A stretch of DNA of 64,000 nt from Octopus sinensis (lineage: Eukaryota). The notes under the pieces were generated by a model, which saw only the letters and a program-made list of their open reading frames with translations, had not been told where the DNA came from and did not search any database. A program made the translations under genes and the position numbers. Shown in pieces: positions 24,362 to 38,000 of the stretch (its first letter is position 1; every line of letters starts with the position of its first letter). Location of the stretch: positions 51,956,001-52,020,000 of the forward strand of contig NC_043007.1 in assembly GCF_006345805.1 (NCBI RefSeq), in the 5' to 3' direction.

Positions 24362-25639
24362 GGTGAGATGGATAAATTGCCGCTATCTTATATTTTTTAT
24401 TTTGCACATGCACATTGCTTTGTCTTTGATTTTATCGACTATGCAGTATAGTAGGGTCAGTTGAGAATCGCCTTTGAGAATAGCAGCACCATGACGCGAT
24501 TCACTCTGCCAAAAATTTGGAAACGACATGCTGTACTGCTTGGCATTCACGCTGGTAGCTCAAATACGAACATTTCGGTGTTCAGATGTCAATCTGAGGA
24601 CAGTGAAGAAGATTCAGAAAGAGTTGGATGAGTCTAATGGTTATTACGACGGTACGACAGCTCGGAGAACTCGCTCTGGTCGTTCAGATAAGAAAATAAT
24701 TCCTGAATTTGTTGGTGAGATCCAGGCCATGATTGACAAGGATCCCTCCGAGTCAATTGAGTGCATCGCCAGGGAGCTTCTTATCAGGCAGGTAGTGCAT
24801 GAAGACATTCTGGATTCCTCATACAAGATGACAAAAGGGCCAATTTTTATCCCAAGCCATCAAGGACAAGAGGAAAGACCACGCTACAAAGCTTTTGAAC
24901 AAACTCAAGCATCCAATCCAACAGAACATGCTTTGGTTTCTCTCAGACGAGAAAAATTACTGCCAAGATCAGATGGTGAACAAACAGAACAACCGTCGGC
25001 TTGCCGTGTCCCCAAAACATGTACCGAGAGTGACAAATATCAAACATCCAGTCAACATCATGGAGTGATAAATAGTGATGGCGACTTTGTGCCTCCATTC
25101 ATCTTCCCACATGGCCTCAGATTCAACACGGAAGCCTACATCAAGTGCCTGGAGGAGGTGGTGCTGCCTTAGGTCAAGAGGGTGGCTGCTGGAAGACCTT
25201 ATGTCTGGCAAAACGACTCTGCACCATGCTACACAAGCAGGAGAACCCAGTCGTGGCTGTCAGACAATTTCTGCGACCATATCACCCCTAACATCTGGCC
25301 ACCTAACTCCCCAGACTGTGCAACCCCTTTGATTATGGTGTGTGGGGCGCAGTTAAGTGACAGACCAACAAAACTCCTTGTAACACCAAAGATGAACTGA
25401 AGGCAAGGATTATGACAGCATTGACCAACTTAAACAAGGAGACCGTCCAGAAGAGTTGCAGGATATTCCGAAGTCGTCTGGAGGCAGTGGTTGAAGCCAA
25501 TGGCGATTTTATTGAATAAATTTAATCTTTAGTATTTCAAGATATTTTAATGTAATTTTGGCAAATGTATTTGTTAAAATGAGATATCAGTGTTATTTTC
25601 ATTCTTGCGTAATTTAGACGACAGTCTATTCACCGCACC

Positions 25640-25642
<3 letters not shown>
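24359..25642 (+). mobile_element. Tc1/mariner-superfamily DD37D (maT) transposon, near full length, frameshifted
   Basis: Imperfect ~25-bp TIRs (CAGGGTGAGATGGATAAATTGCCGC vs CAGGGTGCGGTGAATAGACTGTCGT) with TA on both sides. QNDSAPC..WPPNSPDC(NPF)D has 37 residues between the 2nd and 3rd Asp after removing a 2-nt frameshift. Confidence 0.9.
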
Positions 25643-25697
<55 letters not shown>

Positions 25698-26548
25698 CAG
25701 AGGCGATTCCAGGTCATCAGCGTCACTCGGGCTCATCACAGATTTCGCATAAGACATATGCCTGCTCAAATAATTTCACGTTTTTCCACTTTATTTCTAG
25801 CCCCAAATGGCTTATCTTTTATATCTAGCATTATGCCTATAGTGATACATAAAAACATCTATATAAAGAGCATGGATACAAACAACATAAGAAGCGAACC
25901 CATACACACATCAATAACTTCACAGACGGCTGCAACAATATCAGCAACATGGCTAACAACGACAGCAGCAGCAGGGGTAACAATCGTGGCAATAGCAACA
26001 ACAACTACTACCACGATGGCAACACCGTGGGTGAACACACAAACACTGAGGGATACAGGAACTCTACTAAATTTTCGGGTCCTAGAACAGCAGCAGTACA
26101 TCGGGGTAAGAGGATGGGGCTGAGGGGAAGGCCATACTGCTGCTAAGAACATTGACACACACAGAAACATACACACACACACATGGACGCAAACGCATAT
26201 GCATATAAAGACACACATCATAGAAGTGGAGAAAGAGCACACACAAAACGAAAAGTGTTGCTGAAGAGGTCACAGATGTGTGACGAAAGATTTCCGGACA
26301 ATGGACATGACTTAAAATAAGAACAGTAAGAAACGAGTGAACGAACAAATATTATATATAGTGCGTGTGTTTATTTTGAAAAAAAACAAAAAAAAAATTA
26401 CCATCCCGAAATACAACAATATCTGTTTAGCACACGATTTCACACCAGGAATCTTGCAACACAAATTGATACACACACACACACACATTAATATTTAGCA
26501 GAACTAAAAGTGGGACTCAAGGTCCGAGCGTTTATATATGTATGCATA

Positions 26549-26612
<64 letters not shown>

Positions 26613-26804
26613 CATACAAGCACACACACACACGCGTAAATGTCGAACAATGAGAATGAGTGGTTAACACTGCTTTGATGAATATGAATATATATACAGG
26701 TCTAGTGATTCAAACAAGAAAAGTAGAACTCAAAATATGAGTTTATGTATGTTTTTATTAATATTTAGCAGAAGCTACAGAGTGACTCAATATTAATATA
26801 TATA

Positions 26805-27687
26805 CAGGGTGGCCCAAATTTAAGGCAACCTACTTTTTTTCAATTTTGCCAAAACAAAATATTGTTACATTTCGGGTCCGAGCGTTGCAATACAATTGTA
26901 AAGAAAACACAATTTTTTCACTACCATATTTATTTGATAGTCACCTCTGTTTCGAATCACAGCCTTAAGTCTAGGTACGAATGCTTCACACGTGGCATGC
27001 AACTGTTCTTGTGGAATCGAAGCATATTCTTGGCTCAGTTTTGCCTTCAGAGCGTTGAGCGAAGCACGAGAAGTGCTCGAGACTCTCGTCTTCAAAATGG
27101 ATCAAACAGAAAAATCCGACGGATTGAGATCAGGGCTTCTTGGGGGCCATACGTCTTTGTTTATGATTCACAGAATGTTTTTCTGAATCTAGTATTGTGT
27201 TGTTGTTTTTTTTTGGGGGGGGGGGGTGTAGAATGGTGCTATCCCTGTTGGAGGCTCCAAGGTACACATTGGAAGTACTCATTTGCCCATAGAGGCAGTT
27301 CAGTTTCCAGAATGTCGCTAATGTATCGCGAGGGGAGACCTTCCAGCGGCTGTCACAGCCACCCAAATCATAACTGACTGACGTTTCTTTACGAGTCTAT
27401 CCTCGACGGAGCCAGATATACTCCGAAGTCGGTCATTCTGGTGCTTTATTGTCTGTTCGATGTCAAATTTCATCAGTAATACCAGTTTGGGCAGCGTGCC
27501 TTCAGCAATCTGACACAGGATAAGTCATCTTCTCTCCAGTCCTATGGCCTTATAAACTTGTGTGAGCTCATGACGACGGATCCCCTTGTAGTGGTGGGTC
27601 CTGAAATCCTCCTCTAATACTTGATACATCAATGTTGATAGTTATTAAAGCCCGTAACTTCGGTTGCCTTAATTTCGGGACACCCTA
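26805..27687 (-). mobile_element. Internally deleted Tc1/mariner-superfamily transposon
   Basis: TIRs CAGGGTGGCCCAAATTTAAGGCAAC and GTTGCCTTAATTTCGGGACACCCTA with TA flanks; WPPRSPDLNPSDFSV motif on the minus strand at about 27100-27150. Confidence 0.85.
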
Positions 27688-30074
27688 TATATATATATAT
27701 ATATATATCAGTGGTGACTACGACACTTGGTCTATTCGGGCTTAGCCCAAGTATAAATTTAGTAAAGTGAATCTGTATTTGCAAGCGGATTTAATTTCTG
27801 CCAACACTGACTTCAAGTATGTAATTTCCGCCAATAACTCGGATTCCTTTGATTGAGCCTGGTCGCAGTTCATTTATGTTTGTTCAGCGTCTGGCAGTCA
27901 TCTTAGAGGTGCCCTGTGTCAAAAAATATCGTTCGTAGCAGACGTTCTCTCAACATCGTTCATACGCGCCTGACTCGGGCTCAGATGTTACAACCAGAGT
28001 TTTCTATAATCGTATCTATAATCGTTATCTATATCTATAATAGTATGGTTGTCCATAACCATATAATTTATGTGTCTAGTTTCGGCATATTTGGCATTAG
28101 AATTTTTTTTCTTTTGCCCTTGTTTATAAGTTGTTTATAAATTTAACCTTTGAAGGTATTTTTAATATGCTGGCCATTGATAAAAATTTTTTCGAAAATT
28201 TTTATCCTATATTAGATGTAAATTTAATAGTGTTCACTTCCGGACTCACTCTCTGAGAGTATCAGAATATACTTCGAGTATGTACCTACAATTTGTGACA
28301 GCAATAACAACAATAATAATACGTGTTCACAGACGTAATTAAAGGAAGAATCATGCGTTTAATCTGCAGTGTTTAATTTACGTAAATTATAAGGTATTTT
28401 TTAAATACCCTATTGACACTTATAAATATTTTCTAACGGATTGGGCTAGGGGAATGGGCTGAGCCCAGCTTTCACTGATCTTCCAAGACAGATCGATGAT
28501 GATGATATTGTTGATATCAGAGAGAATAAATTCTGAGGAGAAATTATTGAGAGTCGTGGTTATTGCGGGGCTTAATGGTGAAACGAGAGTGAAAGTAACG
28601 AGCGGATGAAAGATGATGAGTGAGCATGGGTCAGAATGGAAATGGAACGAGCCCGACCAGTTCCAAGGTGCAGGAACCACTGTAGTAGCAGTGGAATGAG
28701 GCCAGCATGTCTGTGGGCCAATTTATATAAATCTGTTCAATGAATTCTATTTAAAAGAGCTCTGTTAAAAAAAAATTATAATTTATCCGAGGGGAATTTC
28801 TTGGAACTTATTAAAAGTAATAAGATTTCTGTTGAATATCAGACTTCAGTTGGTTCCTGACCTCTTGACTTCCAAATGGCTAAAGTGCTGCAAATATAAA
28901 TATTTTTTCAACCAATTCCATCCACCTGAAGGATATCTTTACTGGAGACAATTTGATTGCCATGCTCAAACTGGGAATGTAATTCTGAGTCCAGTCGGCC
29001 CATTCATATAAGTTTGGGGGTGCTACGACGGTCAACAGGGTCATGACAGCGCATAAGATCAAAAATAAATATTTATTTATTGCAGACAAGATATCATTGT
29101 CGGACTGCAAAAGTCATTGGTTACACTTCATCTTGGCTAATGCAGTCCAGAAGACCATATCTGCCAGGAAAAATTTGGTTAGTTTTAAATAGTAGAGAAG
29201 AGATGGTTCCAAAATGATAAATCACTTTGGCATCAAATTAAAGCAGTGAGGTCAGATTGATCTGCAATGACCTAATGGCATTGAAAATGATGCGTAGTTG
29301 GCTCTTTGAAGAATGGACCGCAGCAGGCAGAATATTGGAAATGCTTCATGTTATATGACCTGTAGAACAGAGGTTCTTTGCTTTACGACTGCTGCTGTAG
29401 CGGTTGTTTTTATTGCTGTTGTTGTGGTTGTTGAGGTTGCTGTTGCTATTGTGATGGTTACTTGAGTTGTTGATCTTTCTTTTGTTGTGGATGTTGTTAT
29501 TATTGTGGTTGTTTAACCCCAGGTTAATCCTGAGTGAGCTGTGATAAACAATCGTCTTGTCGTGACCATCCCGTCCTGATAGGACGCATCTCGGTTTAAA
29601 TTATCTACTATGTCTCTTCCTTATTGTGATGGTGGAATGTGATTTGAGAACATTTGGCCGCTATTTCTAACAGCTATAGCAACCACGAAGGGGCTTTCTT
29701 GTTACCTGGGGTGCTTAGGATACCTATTTTAGGCTAGATTGGTGTCCATGCCTTTCCAAGCTTGTCGGGGTCCATGCCTGTTTAAGCTTAGCGTTGCCCA
29801 ATCTTCTCTAAGTATGGCGGAGTTGAAGTTTTATTATCCACAGAAACTTTGAAATGTATAAATGTCAGTTTTACAATGCTTACTAATGGCTTCCAGTCAG
29901 TCATTTCTAGTCTGTCGTACCTATCAACAGCTAGGTAGACTGAACTTGCTGATACTAACGTCTGAGCTCTCAAGTTGTAAATTGTTGTTTAGCTCAACCT
30001 TGGCTGAGTAATTCTTTGATCTACAGCGTTCCAGTAATGACTATTCCATACTGCTGCTGTTTCTGTAGCAGCTG

Positions 30075-30076
30075 TT

Positions 30077-30147
<71 letters not shown>
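30075..30147. repeat. (TTG)n microsatellite
   Basis: Read directly. Confidence 0.95.
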
Positions 30148-31212
30148 ACTGCCTTGGGTTTGCTTTAGTAAATGAAACCAAAGACGCTACAGCAATTACC
30201 ATCTTGTCTTTTCTCAGACATAGTGCATCTGGAACCCCATTATTTGATATGATCTTATCTTTCTTACGACGGTAAATGACAAAGAGTTTGCTCACCCGCT
30301 GCAACCACCTCCCTACTTCATGTCGTGTTGGATCGCAGACCAGAGAAGATTCTGAAAAGATGGTATGAGTGGCTTGGGGGTTCACAAATTGAAGAATTTT
30401 GTGAGACGTATAAAAGGTTTAAAGGGAGAGGAGGTATTGCTGTATACAATGTGAAGCCACGGTGTGGTGAGAGACTGGAAGGTTTCTTCCAAGTTACAGA
30501 TCACAACACAGGAAACCTTCAGTCTACAGAAAAGGAGGAAAGGTTCCTGTCTTGTAGTCACCAGCAAACAGCAATAAATAGAATATGCTGGGAAGTCAGT
30601 TAGGTGGGTTTTGAAGTTGAGTCTGTAGGGTGAAGCAAAATTTGAAGTACTAGAAATTATGTTGTGATTGGTGTATGGAGGGATTTAGGGTCAAGCACAT
30701 TGGTGGCAAAAACAGGGAACTGAGCAGTTGAAGAGAGAGGTTGCTGAAGAGTAGTGTCTTCTTACAAACACGAGGTCTACGGCGACAGTGGAGAAAGGTT
30801 CAGAAAGAAGTGAAGCAGGTTTGTCGGAGCTGAATGAGAACGTAAAGGGCAGTTTCAGAGATGACAGAAGAATGAAATACTTCTGGAAGAGAAAGCAGTG
30901 GAAGGAACAGAAAAGGGACTTCTACAAAGACATAAATATATTTGGAAAAAAAATTGAGAATTGGTATCATTAGCTGTGAAAAGAGGTGCTGAAAGTGCCT
31001 TGGAATCCACATTTCGGATGAAAATCGGAGAGAAATGTTAGTGGTGACGGCCAGCAGAAGTTTAACACGGATTGAGTTGTGGCTGTGAGTGATTGATGCT
31101 ATATTTCGGGCTCTCTTACAACACCCACAAAAGATACGGATGTTCTATCTTAATAACAGAATTTTAACGTCGCTGGAATTTTTATATTTCAGTCGGCAAT
31201 AAATATAAGTTC

Positions 31213-31256
31213 GATCTGACGAGATCTTCTTTCTATATGTTATCAAAACGGTTATC
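31213..31256 (+). ncRNA. Degenerate minimal type I hammerhead motif
   Basis: GAT-CTGACGA-GAT..ATC-AAAA-CGG-TT-ATC. G12 is replaced by A, and stem III is one base short of ACCGGT. Confidence 0.45.
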
Positions 31257-31398
31257 TTACATTACATCTCAATTTATCCTAAAACTGTGTTATTCACTAT
31301 AAATGGATTAATTCTTATATGCATTACTATAAATAGCTCGTCTAGCTGGTGGTGTTCTCAGGTTGAAGCCATCTAATGGTGACTTTATTACAGAAGGC

Positions 31399-33905
31399 TG
31401 TAATATCATTTGATAAAGGAATACGGTACGCTGAATTCATGGAACGAGGTTGTAACTTTAAATACCTTTACTCTCGGTCTCAACTATATACAAGTTGAAT
31501 GATAATGTGAGGAGTTTGATTAATTGAGGCCATGTTCATCTTCTGTGTACTACCTCATGTCTACTAGCATGTCAATTATGTCATGTCTTCACGGTCTGGC
31601 ACCTAACCGTTATTGCGCCATCTAGTTGCGAGCTTGTTTAAACAGTCGCTGTCAAGGGAGGTAACTGCACCTACAGCCCCCCCCCCTGACCGGACGCGGT
31701 CTAGGGGGAGGCTGTAAGGTAGGCGAAATACGTGTGCGTTAGGAGGGCACAGAATCAAACAATTGCAAAACAGTTGTATGAACAATGCAAGAGTACAAAT
31801 TTGGAGGAAACATGCAGAAAATGTCTGTTCGTGTAGAGAACAAAATGTGTGATACACAGAATCCGAACTATGGCAGAACAATTGAAAAATATAATACAAG
31901 TATGTACAAGGAAAAAACGTCCAGGCAAGTAAGGTGTCCAATCAAATAGAACAAGATATATATGTACAATAATACAGAGAAAATATGAATGCAGTGTCTA
32001 TAACAAGCATGAGTCTATTCTCCGGAACAGTCATTGACGAGGCAAAGTTAAGAAATGAAAGTATTCTGAGACAATTTCTTCGGCCAATGAACCGATTTGC
32101 CAGAACGTGTCCTGTAAGGTGAAGAATACGTTTGGTGTTTTGGTTAGTGGATGTGGTGCTTGTGTGTGTGGGGTGGCAGTGTTTGTGGAATGATAGGTGT
32201 GTCAGCAAGTGGCATAAATGTTTCGGAAAAGGCTTTTTTTTCTCTGTCGATAGAGACAGTATCTTTTTTCCGTGAATGTCCACAGTGAACAGTTTCGGTG
32301 TGCTTCTAAGAACGCAATAGGAACCAGTGCAGGGAGGTGTCAGCGGTCCCTTGACGGCATTATTTCTTACAAACACATGAGTCCAAGTAGAAATATCCGG
32401 AGGTACTGTAGAATAGATAGACTGGTCGCGGAACAGTATCGGTGGTAGGTCAGCAAAGAATGACCTGAGTCGCGTGACGTAAGATGAGAGATCTGCATTC
32501 GGTAAAACGACCGGCGCCAACATTTGTCCAGGAAGTGCTAAGGTGGTACTATGCAGAAGCTCAGCGAAGGAGTAGCCTAAATCCTCCTTGACAGCTGAGC
32601 GGCATCCCAGCAAAACAATGGGGAGAAACTCGGACCAACGATGAGGATCAGGAGCCACGCGAATAGCGGCTTTAAGCTGGCGGTGGAATCGCTCCACCAT
32701 TCCGTTCGCGGCGGGATGGTAACTTGTGCTTGTGATGTGGATGTGATGAACTCCGAGCAATCTCGAAAGCTCACGGAACAGACAAGCTTCAAATTGGCCT
32801 CCACGATCAGTGGTAATTCTAGAGGGTATTACCGTCGTGCTGTTTTTGAAGCACTGCATTCACTGTCACACTCCGGCATTGCGGCCACAGTAAGGCTTAT
32901 CTCGGCCCGCTTTTTCTGGCCGAATATGCGTCGGTCAATTACTGCTTGGTCATGTGTCTGTCTACCATGTCAGCGTTCCAAGGTGCATCATCACGTGAGA
33001 GTACCCATTGGGCACTTCCAGCCCCCGGAAATGAGATTCCGACACATACGCATTGACCTGGTTGGTCCTTGGCCACTCAGAGATGAATACTCTGGTGACT
33101 GTTTCCGCGGAAATGTCCACGAGAATGATGGCTTCAGGCCATCTGGAGAAACGGTCGATGCAGGTCAATATATAAGTAAATCCGCAACTGACCGGCCAAG
33201 GACCAACCAGGTCGATGCGTATGTGTCGGAATCTCGTTTCTGGGGGCTGGAAGTGCCCAATGGGTACTCTCACGTGACGATGCACCTTGGAATGCTGACA
33301 TGGTAGACAGGCACGTGACCAAGCAGTAATTGACCGACGCATATTCAGCCAGATAAAGCGGGCCTTACTGTGGCCGCAATGCCGGAGTGTGACGGTGAAT
33401 GCAGTGCTTCAAAAACAGCATGCCGGTGATGTTCAGAAACGAGGAGTGGGGTGACCCGGTAGAAACACCGCAGAGAATGGTTCCCTCAGAAAAAGGCAGA
33501 GTCAGGTGTTCAAACTTTCAGCAGGAAAGCTGGTGAAAAAACGTCCAGAGAGTCCAAGGAGGAGCCATAGCAACCAAATCAATCGAAGCAGGAGACGACA
33601 ATGCACCGACAGGCAGGTACAATGAATTCATAGAATGAGGCTGTTACTTTAAATACCTTTACTCTCGGTCTCAACTATATACAAGTTGAAAGATAATGGG
33701 AGGAGTTTGATGAATGGAGGTCATGTCCATGTCTGCTAGCTGTCTGCGTGTATACGAGAGACAACTAGGTCATGTCTTCACAGTCTGGCGTCTTGACAAG
33801 AAAAGAGGAAGTGCCAAGGCTTAGTGTCAGCACCTAACTGCTCTTGCACCATCTAGTTGCTAGCTGTTTAAGCAGCCGCTGTCAAGGGAGGTAACTGCGC
33901 CTACA
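31399..33905 (-). mobile_element. Gypsy/Ty3 LTR retrotransposon deletion derivative (integrase only) with two LTRs
   Basis: Direct repeats at about 31425-31675 and 33616-33905, both ending CCTACA. A G-rich PPT lies at 31676-31687 on the minus strand. Integrase motifs LHSLSH..FFWPNM..CLPCQ, IDLVGP, ITTDRGGQF and YHPAANGMVERFHR. Left LTR boundary uncertain; no TSD found. Confidence 0.88.
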
Positions 33906-34139
33906 CTCGATATTAAAACTTTCTCTGTAATCAGAAATGGTTATATTTTGTCTGATGAAAGTCAAAGAATACTAGGAATTAGTCAAATTGATCCAGCATT
34001 TCTAACCCACGGAAGGATAAGATGTGTGGTAGAACCACTGCTTAATATTCACAACCGGACTAAACCATTATGCTTATTTCAGACAAAAGCAGGGAACTTT
34101 ATTTTACGTTTCAAACTATCCCAAAGAAAAGCTGTTGTA

Positions 34140-34330
34140 TTTTTGGTTTCAAAGTTTGGCACAAGGTCGGCAATTTCAGGGGAGTGCGTAAGTTGATTAT
34201 ATTGACCCCAGTGCTGAACTGATATTTTTTATCGACCGCGCATTCTTGAATGAAAGGCAAAGTCAACCTCAGCTGATTTCAAACTCAGAACGTAAAAACA
34301 GATGAATAGCGCAAAAGCATTTTGCGCTAT
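34140..34330 (-). mobile_element. SINE family B, diverged
   Basis: Reverse complement of the family B body and B-box. Confidence 0.75.
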
Positions 34331-34334
34331 TTCA

Positions 34335-34427
<93 letters not shown>

Positions 34428-34477
34428 AAAAACAAGTCAAGATAGAAAATGCTAAAATAATTTTATAAAGAACATTT

Positions 34478-34514
34478 CAGTACCGGTTTCTGTCATTTGA
34501 GACTTCTTCAACTG
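34478..34514 (-). ncRNA. Minimal type I hammerhead motif in the 3' pLTR (C3U variant)
   Basis: CAG-TTGAAGA-AGTC TCAAAT GACA-GAAA-CCGG-TA-CTG; stem III is the palindrome ACCGGT. Confidence 0.7.
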
Positions 34515-34859
34515 TAACTATTAAATAATTAAATTTAGTAAAATTAAAAGAAAAGTTTTTTTAAAAGAATATTTGTATAGTGTTCAAATATAAGTGGCAT
34601 TTTCTTGTTTCTGCCTTTCTCTGTCTCTCTTGTTTATTCTTGTGGGTTCAAGGTCCATGTGAATTCTTGGTAGGGAAGAAGAAAAGGGGGAAGGAGGAGG
34701 AGAGGGAGAAGGGGAAGAAGAATTTGGGATTGCCTTGATTGTCGTTGGTCAGTGATGGCTAGCAGTTCCTGCTGTTCAATTCATGAAAATATTTCTATTG
34801 AAAAGTTTGTTTATAGAATTTGCCTAGGTGTTATACTAAAAAGCATTAGTGATAAAGTT

Positions 34860-35075
34860 AGGAAGAAGAGGGGGAAGAAGAGGGGGAAGAAGAAGAAGAA
34901 GAAGAGAAGAAGAAGAAGAAGAAGAAGAAGACGATGACGATGATGATGACGATGACGACGATGATGATGATGAAGAAGAAGAAGAAGAAGAAGAAGAAGA
35001 AGAAGAAGAAGAAGAAGAAGAAGAAGAAGAAGAAGAAGAAGAAGAAGAAGAAGAAGAAGAAGAAGAAGAAGAAGG
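34860..35075. repeat. (GAA)n/(GAT)n microsatellite inside the Penelope 3' UTR
   Basis: Read directly. Confidence 0.95.
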
Positions 35076-38000
35076 GAGAATATGAATGCGTGGAAGTAGT
35101 GGGATGTTGGATGACTTAAAGTTAGCACTTGTGGGTTATAGCTGTGATTGGGGCTGATTTTTAATGGATTCTTAGGAATGTAATATTTGCGTGTGTATTT
35201 GTGTTATTCTAAAGCTGAGGTGGATATATCGTTTGTCGTAGATGCGTTCAGAAGGGGCCTGTATTTTGTAATAAAGATAGTTTCTTTACTTATTCGTTGG
35301 CTCGAGGTTGTATCGTCCCTGAATTGGTAGAGGGGGAAAATCCTGAAGCTTGGAGTTTTGTTGTTGGCGCAAATATCTGTTTTGAGGAATTTTTATCTGG
35401 GATCTGTGCAGGGCCATTCTTTTACGTAAACTATGTTTTGTTTGGCCTATGTATTGCTCTTGACACCCAGAGCAGGTTAGTGTGTATATCAGGTTCTCCG
35501 AAGCACATGTGAAATTGCTTTTCACTGTGAACCGTTGTCCCTGTTTGAAGGAGAACTCTGATCCCTCAATTAAATTGATGCATATCCTACAGTTAGGTCT
35601 TCCGCATTTTTTTACTGACAGCTTCTGTGTTGATGAGCGTATTCGGGCTTGTGTTAGGAGACTTTTCATGGATTTGGGCTGTCTCTTGCTTTTTATGATC
35701 GTGTGTGTTTGGAGGATTAAGTTCATTCTGTGGTATTTTTGTAGCAAGGGTATGTTTTGGAGGATGGTATCGAAGGCTTCATTGTTGAGAGGGTTGTGTG
35801 TGGAGATATATGGTAAGGCTTTTAGTCATAAATTTTTCTTTAATTTGGGATGTCTGAGTTCCTGGATGTTGAGTTGAAGGGCACGTTGAATGCATATGTC
35901 AATTAGTGAAGGTGGGTAGTTCCTGGTGATGAGGGTATCTTTTAGTTCCTGTAGTCGTGTGTCTCTGGTGCTTGCATTAGAAACTATAGTACATATCCTT
36001 TTTGCTAGATTGAAAGGGATATTCATTCTGGTGTGTCTGGGGTGGCATGAATTGAAAGGAAGATATTGCTTAGAATCCGTAGGCTTGTGGTATATATCTG
36101 TTTCTATTACATTATTAGATTTCTTAATGAGGATGTCGAGGAAGGGGAGTTGTTGCTGGCTATATTCCATCGTGAATTGGATGTTTACGTCCAGTCCATT
36201 TAAAATTGCTTGGAATTCTTTCAGTTTCTCTATATTTTCATGCCAAAGAATGAAATAGTCATCTAGGTATCTCTTCCAGTTGTTTTCTATGTAGATGGAG
36301 AAAAGGCTGCCATATCTTTCTAGAACCTTACGATACAGACTGATTTCTAGATATCCCATGACTAGGTTGGCAAAGCCCTTCTATCACGAATTATTTTTTG
36401 ATGCGATGTAGGAGTTCGTTGGCGTGATTCTCTAACCAGAATTGAATTGCCTCTATTCCTAGGTTGTGGGGGATATTAGAATAGAGGTTGACTACATCGA
36501 AGGATACTAGTAGGGTGTTTTTGTTTATAGTATTAGACAGGTCGTCTCTTATATAGCTTTTGACATGTTTGAGGAGTGGTTTTAAGAGGGTATCTAAAAA
36601 GTTACTGAGGCAGTGGGTTTCGCATGCGAGACCTTCTATTCTAGGTCTCAATTTGAGGTCATTAAGGGTAGGGACTTTAATTATTATGTCTGTGGCTATC
36701 TTGCATACGTTACTTATTTTCTCACTTTTGTGTATCTTGGGAATACCGTAGAATTGACTGGTTTTACTTTTGAAATTGGTCATAAAGTAATATTCGTTGT
36801 CGGTGAGCCCTTCAACATGGATTTTAGGTCTCCCGTTATTCTCTGCTTTTGTGTATCTTGGGAATACCGTAGAATTGGCTGGTTTTACCTGTGAAATTGG
36901 TCATATAGTCATATTTCTTGTTGGTGAGCCCTTCTTTGTATGGGGTTAACATGGATTTTAGATCCCTCATTATTTTTTGTTGACTGTAGTTTTGTGCCTT
37001 TTCATAATATGTTATGTCTTCCAACATAGATAGTACTAAAGTTATGTAAAATATCGTGTCCATTAAAACAACTGCACTCCCTTTATCGGTCTCTTTGATT
37101 GTTATTGTTTTGTCATGTTTTAATTTGTTCAGCTCAGCCCATTCTTTTTTTGTGAAGTTTGGTTTGTGTTTTTGTTTGTGCATGTGTTGATATGGGAAAT
37201 TCGAGATGTGTTCACAGAAATGATCAAGTGTTTTGTTCTTACCTTTTGAGGGGGTGTAGTTACTCCTATCTCTGACCAACGATTCGTCCTCGTTGAATTT
37301 GTCTTATAGCTCCTCAGTAAGTCGTAATTTTCTACAGAATTCTGCGATGTCTTCTTTCATTTCATTGTAGTTGGGGTGTTGTGGGGTGGGTGTAAACTTG
37401 AGTCTTTTGGAGAGTATATTTATTTGGTTTGCTGTTAGTTCATTGTGAGTTAGATTGATAATTTTTATCACTTTTGGTTCTTCCTGCCTGTTTGGTGCTA
37501 TCTTGTGTCTCTGTGTTTGCGTATTGGGTCTAAAAAATGAATGCGGTAGTTGGGATGGTAGCCATTATATAGTTGTTCCTTGTTCATGTGGGGTGCCCTG
37601 TTGTGATTTATGGTGTGTGTTCTTGGAACAGTATTGAGAAGTGCGTCCCGATATCCCATATTCGGGTGTGGTGTTTTAGGAGGCCTTCGTTGGTAATCAT
37701 TGCGAGTGGTGCGGGTTTGTTGTGCATAGTTGTTTGGCAGGTTGTTGGTAACTCTTTTGGGTGGGGAGGAGGTTGCAGCGTCTATCCTGTGGGTATTTAT
37801 TTATCCTTTCTCTGTTTGAAGTGAGGGTATTCCTGATATTGTATCGTTGGTGTCTTACAAAGTTAGGGTTAGGTCCTGTATTCTTTTTTTGATAGAAGTG
37901 ATGGTTCCGATTTTTAGACAGGTGTGTATCGGTGTTTGCGTGTTGTTTTGATTTTCTTATTTTCTGGAAAGGATTGGTGTTTGAAAGACGGTTTCATAGT

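Noticed and set aside
25700-25760. Minus-strand CTGATGA and GAAA words close together
   Set aside because: Stems do not close in any hammerhead topology.
27700-31080. Moderate-GC tracts that look like decayed TE coding sequence
   Set aside because: No diagnostic motif could be read with confidence; left unannotated.
34752-35128. Poly-E, poly-K and poly-L ORFs
   Set aside because: Translations of the GAA/GAT repeat.
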